Shown here: one piece after another, positions 57,049 to 64,000 of the stretch
How the letters are laid out: each line of letters starts with the position of its first letter
Numbering within the stretch: position 1 is the first letter of the stretch
Source of the DNA: an uncultured SAR86 cluster bacterium
Lineage (GTDB): Bacteria > Pseudomonadota > Gammaproteobacteria > Magnimaribacterales > D2472
NCBI GenBank assembly: GCA_902591665.1
Contig: CACJBO010000006.1
Location: forward strand, 2,281-66,280
Direction of reading: 5' to 3'
DNA: 64,000 bases
Position numbers and translations under genes: made by a program
Notes under the pieces: model-generated
The model's input: the letters and a program-made list of their open reading frames with translations, nothing else
What the model was told of the DNA's origin: nothing
The model's database searches: none

Positions 57049-58415
57049 TCAAAAGAGTCGTAATATCCATCGCTAGAAAAATTTTCAAAGCGCGTATATT
57101 CTTTTAGGAATGTTAAATTAACAGTTCCAATTGGTCCGTTTCTTTGTTTTCCAATAATAATTTCAGCTTTATTGCCTTGATCTGAATCTTCGTTATAAAC
57201 CTCATCTCTATAAATAAACAAGATAACATCAGCATCCTGTTCAATAGCACCTGAATCACGAAGATCTGCCATAATTGGTCTTTTGTTAGGTCTTTGTTCT
57301 ACCGCCCTATTAAGCTGAGAAAGTGCTATAACTGGAACATTGAGCTCTTTTGCTAATGATTTTAATGATCTAGATATTTCTGATATTTGATTCACTCTAT
57401 TTTCTGTTGATGTTGGCAACTGCATTAACTGAAGGTAATCAACTACGATTAGTGATAATCCATTCTCCTCTTGCCTTGCAAGCCTTCTGGCTTTTGCACG
57501 AAGCTCCATTGGAGTTAGCAGAGAGCTATCATCAATCCACAATGGTAAATTCTTGAGTCTTTCACCTTCTGAAAGTAACAATTTTAGCTCGTTGTCCTTT
57601 AACATTCCTGAGCGAACATTTTGCTGATTTAGTTTGCTCATTCCTGATAGCATTCTAGTTGTTAAAGCTTCACCAGGCATTTCTAAACTGAATATTAAAA
57701 CGGCACCATCATTATCTTTTTCAAGCAAAACATTTTCAGCTATATTCATAGCAAAAGATGTTTTACCCATACTTGGTCTTCCAGCAACCACTATAAGATC
57801 ACCGTTTTGGATGCCCTGGAGTTTGGTATCAAGATCTTTAAACCCTGTAGAAGAGCCAATTAATCCCCCAGCTTTATTAGACATCTCATGAAGCCTATCC
57901 ATTGTTGATGGAATTAATTCTTTCATCGATTGAAGGCTTTGATCATTTTGACTAGACTCATCATTCAATGCAAATATCATACTTTCAGCTTTGTCTAATA
58001 ATGCATTGCCATCTTGTCCTTGAGGGTTGTTGATTAATTCAGAAATCTCAGAATTAGCTTTCATTAATTTTCTGGTAATAGATCTCTGTCTAATTATTTC
58101 AGCATACGCTTCAAGGTTAGCAGCAGATGGAGTTGAAGTGGCAAGTTCAATTAAATAGTCTTTTCCACCAACTTTATTAAGAGAATTTTTATTATCTAAT
58201 TTTTCTGAAACTGTCAGAGGATCCAGAGGTTTGTTTTCTTCAATCAATTCAGACATTGATTGAAAGATAATTTGATGGTCTTTGCCATCAAAATCATTTT
58301 CTTTAATAACCTGTATTACTGTATCAAAACGATGTGTTTCGAGCATTAAACCACCAAGAACTGCTCTTTCAGCTTCTCTTGCTTGCTCGTTTTGATTTAT
58401 AGATAAGTCAGACAT
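57045..58415 (-). CDS. dnaB: Replicative DNA helicase DnaB
   Basis: 456 aa. ...AERAVLGGLML..., Walker A GRPSMGKTSFA, and IVVDYLQLM. Confidence 0.97.
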   Translation of the reverse strand: MSDLSINQNEQAREAERAVLGGLMLETHRFDTVIQVIKENDFDGKDHQIIFQSMSELIEENKPLDPLTVSEKLDNKNSLNKVGGKDYLIELATSTPSAANLEAYAEIIRQRSITRKLMKANSEISELINNPQGQDGNALLDKAESMIFALNDESSQNDQSLQSMKELIPSTMDRLHEMSNKAGGLIGSSTGFKDLDTKLQGIQNGDLIVVAGRPSMGKTSFAMNIAENVLLEKDNDGAVLIFSLEMPGEALTTRMLSGMSKLNQQNVRSGMLKDNELKLLLSEGERLKNLPLWIDDSSLLTPMELRAKARRLARQEENGLSLIVVDYLQLMQLPTSTENRVNQISEISRSLKSLAKELNVPVIALSQLNRAVEQRPNKRPIMADLRDSGAIEQDADVILFIYRDEVYNEDSDQGNKAEIIIGKQRNGPIGTVNLTFLKEYTRFENFSSDGYYDSFE

Positions 58416-58453
58416 TGGAATATGATTTTTACATCATATTTTAAAATATACAA

Positions 58454-58900
58454 CTACTCAGCTAATACTTTTACAGTTACTTCTGCAGATACCTCAGGAT
58501 GAACAGCAATAGTTATTAAATGATCACCAATTTCTTTAATTGGTCCGTCTGGCAGCTGAACCTCACTTTTATCTATTTCGATATCGATATTTGTAAATGC
58601 TTCGGAAATCTCTCTTGTACCAACTGAACCATACAATGCTCCCTCTTCAGTTACAGGCACTGCAATTTCACAAGTCTTACCATTGATAGTCTCAGCTCTT
58701 GCTTCAGCTTTAGTAAGCATGTCAGCAGATGCTGCTGCTAGCTCATCTTTTCTTGCCTCTACCTCAGCAATATTTTTATCACTAGCAAATGCTGCTTTCT
58801 TCTGTGGAATTAAAAAGTTTCTTGCATAACCAGAATTGACTTCAACTATGTCACCAATTTCGCCTAATCTTTGTATTTTATCTAATAATATAATCTTCAT
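58454..58900 (-). CDS. rplI: 50S ribosomal protein L9
   Basis: 148 aa. MKIILLDKIQRLGEIGDIVEVNSGYARNFLIPQKKA. Confidence 0.97.
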   Translation of the reverse strand: MKIILLDKIQRLGEIGDIVEVNSGYARNFLIPQKKAAFASDKNIAEVEARKDELAAASADMLTKAEARAETINGKTCEIAVPVTEEGALYGSVGTREISEAFTNIDIEIDKSEVQLPDGPIKEIGDHLITIAVHPEVSAEVTVKVLAE

Positions 58901-58904
58901 AATC

Positions 58905-59144
58905 TTATTGGTGCATATCCGTGTATGGTAAAAGAGCTAAAAATCTAGCTATTTTAATCGATTTTGTAACTTTTCTTTGATTTGATGCTGATACACCTGT
59001 AACTCTTGCGGGTATTATCTTTCCTGTTTCAGTAATAAATTGTTTCAAGATATCAATATCTTTGTAATCAAATTTCTTAGGCAATTCATATTTACTCATT
59101 ATCTTCACCTTCTTCTTGTTTAGCTTCTGATTTATCTTCGACAT
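58905..59144 (-). CDS. rpsR: 30S ribosomal protein S18
   Basis: ...[26 protein letters not shown]...[11 protein letters not shown]. The long start (ATG 59144) keeps a basic N-terminus ([20 protein letters not shown]) at the same spacing as the [20 protein letters not shown] of other S18 proteins. It overlaps rpsF by 53 nt. The alternative ATG is at 59099. Confidence 0.9.
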   Translation of the reverse strand: MSKINQKLNKKKVKIMSKYELPKKFDYKDIDILKQFITETGKIIPARVTGVSASNQRKVTKSIKIARFLALLPYTDMHQ

Positions 59145-59541
59145 CCTCTTTTACTGGCTCAGGATCTTTCTTAACGTCTTCTTTATCTTTCTCAACTTCA
59201 GACGGTTCAGGTTTTTTGTTCTTTGATTCAACAAAGAGGCTTGAATCTTCTCCGTTGTGTTCTTTTACAACTAAAAATAAATGCCTAATGATGGATTCGT
59301 TATATTTAATTTTTGTTTCTATTTCTAATAATTTAGAAGGATCACCTTCAAGGTTAAATAAAATATAGTGGCCTTTATTATGATTAGCTATTGAATATGC
59401 TAATTGTCTTCTTCCAATATCTTCTGTTTTCACAATATTAAAAGAATTATCTTTTAATAGCTTCTCAAAATCTTTTTTAAAGTTATCAACCTTAGAAGAA
59501 AGGTTGGGGTTAAGAATTATTACTGCTTCGTACTTTTTCAT
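59092..59541 (-). CDS. rpsF: 30S ribosomal protein S6 with long acidic C-terminal tail
   Basis: 149 aa. [14 protein letters not shown]...GRRQLAYSI..., with a tail rich in E, D and K. Confidence 0.96.
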   Translation of the reverse strand: MKKYEAVIILNPNLSSKVDNFKKDFEKLLKDNSFNIVKTEDIGRRQLAYSIANHNKGHYILFNLEGDPSKLLEIETKIKYNESIIRHLFLVVKEHNGEDSSLFVESKNKKPEPSEVEKDKEDVKKDPEPVKEDVEDKSEAKQEEGEDNE

Positions 59542-59622
59542 TTGCTACCTTATGGTTAAAGATTTGCTTCTTAATTGATGCAAACCAAGGAATGCGCATT
59601 CTAATGGAATTGATATGTAGAA

Positions 59623-60849
59623 TCAATACTCGCTTTTAACTATCTTTAAAAGCTTGGAAAGCCAACTTTGATTTTGCTCAGCTATTAAATCATCATTTTT
59701 CTGCTTAAAACCATGATCAACCAATCCAATGGATGTTGCGTAGATTGGATTTTGCAAAATACTTTCCATTCCAGAGAATTTATTTGGAATACCTAGTCTT
59801 ACAGATGTCTGAAAAATAGATTCTGCTAATTCAACTACACCTTCCATTTTCGATGTCCCGCCTGTGAAAACAATACCAGCAGAAATCTTATCCTCAAATC
59901 CGTTTCTCGTAATTTCTGCCTTAACAAGCTCAAATAACTCTGTATACCTAGGTTGAATAATATCTGCTAGAGAGCTTCTTGAGAGTTCTCTTGTTGGTCT
60001 TCCTCCTACACCAGGAACTTCAATACTTTCATCATCTTTTGTGAACTCAGCCACTGCACAACCGTGTTTTTGTTTTATATCCTCGGCCTGAGGTGTCGGA
60101 GTTCTCAACGCTTGCGCTATATCGCTAGTTACCTGGTCACCAGCAATAGGTATTACTCCAGTAAAAACTATTGAGCCAGAATTAAATATTGCTATGTCGG
60201 TAGTACCTCCACCAATGTCAACCAAACATACTCCCAAATCTTTTTCATCTTCAGAGAGAATAGAATGAGAACTTGCTAATTGCTCTAAAACAAAACCATC
60301 AACAGATAGGCCACAATTTCTTATACATTTTTCTATATTTTTTACTGCACTGTTAGCACATGTAACCAAGTGAACCTTTGCTTCAAGCCTCACCCCAGCC
60401 ATTCCAAGCGGGTCCAAGCTAACTTCTTGACCATCAATCACGTACTCTTGAGGAAGGACATGCAAAACATTTTGATCAGATGGAATTGATACTGCCTGAG
60501 CAGAATCAATAACTCTGTCAATATCATAAGGTGTAACTTCTTTATCTTTAATGCCTACAGCACCTTGAGAATTAAGACTTTTAATGTGACTGCCAGCAAT
60601 GCCTACATATACAGATCGGATCTTATCCTCAATCATCGATTGAGCTTGTTCTACGGCCTTTTTAATTGCATCAGTAGTAGCATCAATATTTACAACCACT
60701 CCTTTTTTTAAGCCGCTTGATGGGTATGCACCGAGTGAGATTATTTCTAGTTTTTGAGCTTCATTATATTTACCTACAATACAAACTACTTTGGAAGTAC
60801 CTATATCTAAGCCAACAACTATATTAGAATTTTTACCATTATTTGCCAT
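59623..60849 (-). CDS. ftsA: Cell division protein FtsA
   Basis: 408 aa. Actin-fold motifs (VVGLDIGTSKV, LVDIGGGTTDIA) and a C-terminal amphipathic helix SWLSKLLKIVKSEY. Confidence 0.96.
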   Translation of the reverse strand: MANNGKNSNIVVGLDIGTSKVVCIVGKYNEAQKLEIISLGAYPSSGLKKGVVVNIDATTDAIKKAVEQAQSMIEDKIRSVYVGIAGSHIKSLNSQGAVGIKDKEVTPYDIDRVIDSAQAVSIPSDQNVLHVLPQEYVIDGQEVSLDPLGMAGVRLEAKVHLVTCANSAVKNIEKCIRNCGLSVDGFVLEQLASSHSILSEDEKDLGVCLVDIGGGTTDIAIFNSGSIVFTGVIPIAGDQVTSDIAQALRTPTPQAEDIKQKHGCAVAEFTKDDESIEVPGVGGRPTRELSRSSLADIIQPRYTELFELVKAEITRNGFEDKISAGIVFTGGTSKMEGVVELAESIFQTSVRLGIPNKFSGMESILQNPIYATSIGLVDHGFKQKNDDLIAEQNQSWLSKLLKIVKSEY

Positions 60850-61471
60850 AATCTAAAGCAACTCCATCCTTATACCTTAAATCTATCATACTAGGAATTT
60901 TTCTATTTTCGTACAAGTAATTTAAGGTATCTTTTAATGAATTAAATTTATTATTTGAAAGTTTATTACCAATCATTATGACATGTAAATTCGTTTGAAT
61001 CTGCCATCCTGAAATATGTGAATAGGTAATTTTTACTATATTAGTATTATCAAAATTATTCACTTTAAAAAAATTAATAATATTAAGCGGCTCTTTCAAA
61101 TCTTCTATGGGTCCATTTACAGAAATCAAATTAAGAAAAGTTTTATCAAATTTAAACTTTTTTAAATTGGTATCTACAAAAAATTCATTATTTAATATAA
61201 ATATTGGTGTTCTTGTTTTTATATTTAATTTTGCAGAATTACTAAATGGTTTAACATTTAGAAAGTACTCATCTATCCAGTCCTGCTCCTCAAGTAAATC
61301 TTTAATATCATTCTTTGTCTTTAATTCACCTAATTTTTCAATGAATATTTTTTGAGACTTTAAATATATTTCTGAATCTAGCGAAATATCAATATTTAAA
61401 CCTTTTGAAAAAACTGATCCAGTAAAACAGAATACTATTAAGGCGTAAAAGGTTTTTTTAAAGTTTTGCAT
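60839..61471 (-). CDS. ftsQ: Cell division protein FtsQ (short)
   Basis: 210 aa. N-terminal TM helix then a POTRA-like region. Located between ddl and ftsA. Confidence 0.8.
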   Translation of the reverse strand: MQNFKKTFYALIVFCFTGSVFSKGLNIDISLDSEIYLKSQKIFIEKLGELKTKNDIKDLLEEQDWIDEYFLNVKPFSNSAKLNIKTRTPIFILNNEFFVDTNLKKFKFDKTFLNLISVNGPIEDLKEPLNIINFFKVNNFDNTNIVKITYSHISGWQIQTNLHVIMIGNKLSNNKFNSLKDTLNYLYENRKIPSMIDLRYKDGVALDYGK

Positions 61472-62363
61472 TAATAATATTTTGAACTACTTCCTCGTAT
61501 TCTAATCCAAGAAAGCTTCCTGATTTTGGAACACAACTGTGTGATGTCATTCCTGGAACGGTATTAATTTCAAGAACATGAAATTGACCTGTGATGTCTT
61601 GGAGAATATCAATCCGTGCCCATCCTCTGCAGTTCAGAGCATTATATGCATTTGAAGCAACCACATTTATTGCTGAGTGTTCCTCAGAAGTAAGATTAGC
61701 TTCAATAAGCCCTGTATTATTTGAGATATATTTTGCATCATAATCATAAAACTCATTCTCAGTTACTATTTCTATTACCGGCATACATTCATCTTTGATA
61801 ATTGTCACAGTAAACTCTTTTCCATCTATGCAGTTTTCCATTAAAAATGGTCTATCTATATTGTTTGCATTATTAAGAGCAACCATAAAATCTTTATCGT
61901 CTTTTATCTTAAAAATATCAACGCTTGAGCCTTCTTGACTTGGTTTTAAAAAATAGTTTTTATTTTGAAAATCTTTGAAAGTTTCATTTAAAAATGGTTT
62001 TAAAGTCTCATAATATTTCCATGATGGAGTCATAACATTATGAGCTTTTAAAATTGTTTTACATGTATTTTTATCCCATGTATTTCTGCAAGCTTCTGGC
62101 CCTGATCCGGTATAAGGTATAGATAGATCATCAAATTTTTCTTGGAGATTACCTCCTTCACCCTCAAACCCATGCAATGCTATAAAAATAAGATCATACG
62201 TTTTAAAAATATTGAAATCACTAATAGTTTTAAAATCTACAATAGTTGTTTCATATCCTAATTTTTTTAGGGCATCATAGACCCCCTTGCCACTTTGCAA
62301 AGATATTTCTCTTTCTGATGACGAGCCGCCACATATGACAATAATTTTTTTTATTTCTTCCAT
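61458..62363 (-). CDS. ddl: D-alanine--D-alanine ligase
   Basis: MEEIKKIIVICGGSSSEREISLQSG aligns with the E. coli DdlB start [23 protein letters not shown]. C-terminal EINTVPGMTSHS. The ORF track starts 21 nt upstream at 62384. Confidence 0.94.
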   Translation of the reverse strand: MEEIKKIIVICGGSSSEREISLQSGKGVYDALKKLGYETTIVDFKTISDFNIFKTYDLIFIALHGFEGEGGNLQEKFDDLSIPYTGSGPEACRNTWDKNTCKTILKAHNVMTPSWKYYETLKPFLNETFKDFQNKNYFLKPSQEGSSVDIFKIKDDKDFMVALNNANNIDRPFLMENCIDGKEFTVTIIKDECMPVIEIVTENEFYDYDAKYISNNTGLIEANLTSEEHSAINVVASNAYNALNCRGWARIDILQDITGQFHVLEINTVPGMTSHSCVPKSGSFLGLEYEEVVQNIINAKL

Positions 62364-63745
62364 GTTTCTTTTATTAATTCGCATACGCTTGAAACACTGC
62401 CTGCACCCTGGGTAATAAGAACATCGAAACTATTTTCTTTTGATTCAATAAGTTTAATTACATCATTATGTTTTTTGATATACGAAACATCTTTATGTCC
62501 TGTTTGCTTAAGTGTTTCAACAATGGTTCTTGAATCAATACCTCTGATAGGATTTTCACTTGCAGCATAAATATCCAGCATTATCAATGAATCAACTTTT
62601 TTAAGAACTTGAATAAAATCATCAAACAATTGTGCTGTTCTAGAAAATCGATGAGGTTGAAATATCATACAAATCTTTTTTCTAGGAAATTCTTCTTTGC
62701 ATGCTTTTATATTAGATAAAATTTCTATTGGATGATGACCATAATCATCTATTAGAATTTTATTATTCGAATTAATTTTAATATCTGCCTTCTCATACCT
62801 TCTGCCAACTCCTGTAAATTCTTTAATGCCTTTTTTTATTGCATTTATAGGTAAGCCTTCTTCTATACATACAGCTATAGAAGCTGTAGCGTTATAAATA
62901 TTATGAAAACCAGGCTGCCTGATGCAAAAGGCATATTTTTTACTTCTTTGATTATCCATAATCTCAAAGGTCTGAAATCCGTTTTTATAACCAGAGTTTA
63001 AAATTTGAAAATCTACATTTTTTGATTTTCCAAAAGTAATCTGTTTTCTTGAAATTCTTTTTGTAATTTTTTTTATATTTTTATCATCTCCATTAACCAT
63101 CAGATATCCATAAAAAGGCACATTCTCTGAAAATTGAATAAATGAATCTAAAAGGTTTTCAAAATTATTGTCATAGTGAGTCAAATGATCATCATCTATA
63201 TTGGTTAATATCGCTACATCTGGGTTTAAATGAGTAAAAGATCCATCACTTTCATCTGCTTCTGCAATTAAATAATTACCCATACCTAAATCAGAGTTTT
63301 CATCAGTGCTTAAAACTTTTCCTCCAACTACATATGTTGGGCTTAGTTCAGCAGTATTAAAAATTTTTGCAATCATGCTTGTTGTAGTTGTTTTACCATG
63401 ACTTCCAGCGATGGCTATGCTCTCATAACCTCTCATAATGCTACCAAGCATTTCAGCACGAGGAATTATTGTTATACCATTCTTTATGCCTTCAAGAATT
63501 TCTGGATTTTTATTATCAATAGCAGTTGAGACTACTATTAAGTTCGCTTTTTTGATGTTTGTTTTGTCATGACCTATAAAGACTTTTGCGCCCTCTTTCT
63601 TAATTTTTTTTAGCTCATATGTATCATTAATGTCAGACCCAGATACTTTGTAGCCCTTTTTAAGAAGCAATCTTGCTATACCTATCATTCCGGCACCGCC
63701 TATGCCTACAAAATGTATATGTTTTATTTTTTTAAAAAAATTCAT
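62351..63745 (-). CDS. murC: UDP-N-acetylmuramate--L-alanine ligase
   Basis: 464 aa. HIHFVGIGGAGMIGIA and GSHGKTTTTSM motifs. Confidence 0.96.
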   Translation of the reverse strand: MNFFKKIKHIHFVGIGGAGMIGIARLLLKKGYKVSGSDINDTYELKKIKKEGAKVFIGHDKTNIKKANLIVVSTAIDNKNPEILEGIKNGITIIPRAEMLGSIMRGYESIAIAGSHGKTTTTSMIAKIFNTAELSPTYVVGGKVLSTDENSDLGMGNYLIAEADESDGSFTHLNPDVAILTNIDDDHLTHYDNNFENLLDSFIQFSENVPFYGYLMVNGDDKNIKKITKRISRKQITFGKSKNVDFQILNSGYKNGFQTFEIMDNQRSKKYAFCIRQPGFHNIYNATASIAVCIEEGLPINAIKKGIKEFTGVGRRYEKADIKINSNNKILIDDYGHHPIEILSNIKACKEEFPRKKICMIFQPHRFSRTAQLFDDFIQVLKKVDSLIMLDIYAASENPIRGIDSRTIVETLKQTGHKDVSYIKKHNDVIKLIESKENSFDVLITQGAGSVSSVCELIKETWKK

Positions 63746-64000
63746 TTCATTTGCTCAAGGTATTCGATAACTTTGCCTGCGATAATAGAAGCTGACTCAA
63801 GATGGTTTTTATTTCTGTGTAATTTCCATGTATTGTATGTTTTTTGATTAACAATTGTTGATATCTTTTTTTTAAGGGCATCTAAACCATCTTTTTCTTC
63901 ATGTATAAGCCCCATATTTAAGTCCTCAATATGTTTTGCATTATAAAGTTGATGATTATCAATAGCAGACGGTAGCGGTATCATAAGCAGGCCTTTGGAT
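63742..64000 (-). CDS. murG: MurG glycosyltransferase, C-terminal part (gene starts beyond window end)
   Basis: The frame stays open to the window edge (...SKGLLMIPLPSAIDNHQLYNAKHIEDLNMG...), matching the MurG C-terminal HQ..NA region. murG-murC synteny with a 4-nt overlap. Confidence 0.88.
   Translation of the reverse strand, partial: SKGLLMIPLPSAIDNHQLYNAKHIEDLNMGLIHEEKDGLDALKKKISTIVNQKTYNTWKLHRNKNHLESASIIAGKVIEYLEQMK

Noticed and set aside
59590-59601. A perfect 12-bp palindrome, GAATGCGCATTC, in the ftsA-rpsF spacer. Considered as an ftsA terminator or an operator.
   Set aside because: As a hairpin it would have a stem of at most 4-5 bp and a minimal loop, and it is followed only by a weak T-run. 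There is no supporting second site. Left as unexplained.

Overview
AT-rich, extremely compact chromosomal segment. About 1.3 kb of the 64 kb is intergenic by my tally of gaps. It looks gammaproteobacterial, with gene order matching Pseudomonas/E. coli-type synteny blocks. A streamlined marine lineage is only a guess.

I call 71 protein genes plus one tRNA-Lys(UUU). 67 of these 72 genes are on the minus strand.

The content is almost all core housekeeping. By increasing coordinate (operon strings written in transcription order):
- murJ-ribF-ileS(partial), with msrB just upstream of murJ
- a small winged-helix ORF, pdxB, an LbH acetyltransferase and a MATE pump
- sdhCDAB-sucAB-lpdA-sucCD
- ndk-rlmN-rodZ-ispG-hisS-yfgM-bamB-der
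- iscRSUA-fdx-iscX
- dapA-bamC-purC
- bcp, perM, bepA and a TLC-like transporter
- aspS-yebC-[small nuclease]-ybgC-tolQRAB-pal-cpoB-tRNALys
- proS, a thiolase, recA with an SOS box, and fdxA
- pyrG-kdsA-eno-ftsB-ispDF-surE-pcm-DUF368
- rpsF-rpsR-rplI-dnaB-alr
- murG(partial)-murC-ddl-ftsQ-ftsA

I see no CRISPR array, transposase, integrase, phage genes or rRNA. I also see no recognisable defence or biosynthetic island, so I cannot support a multi-gene novel system here.

What deserves a second look are departures from conserved architecture:
- An Hjc/YraN-like PD-(D/E)XK nuclease sits exactly where ruvC-ruvA-ruvB normally lie.
- The bacterial-type ProRS has its INS editing domain cleanly missing.
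- The isc operon lacks hscBA.
- The dcw cluster stops at ftsA, with no ftsZ.
- A full-consensus IscR box overlaps the -35 of an apparently leaderless GTG-initiated iscR.
- The recA terminator sequesters the ribosome-binding site of the next gene.
- A tRNA is wedged between coding genes with no room for its own signals.

All family calls come from reading motifs by eye. No database search was possible.
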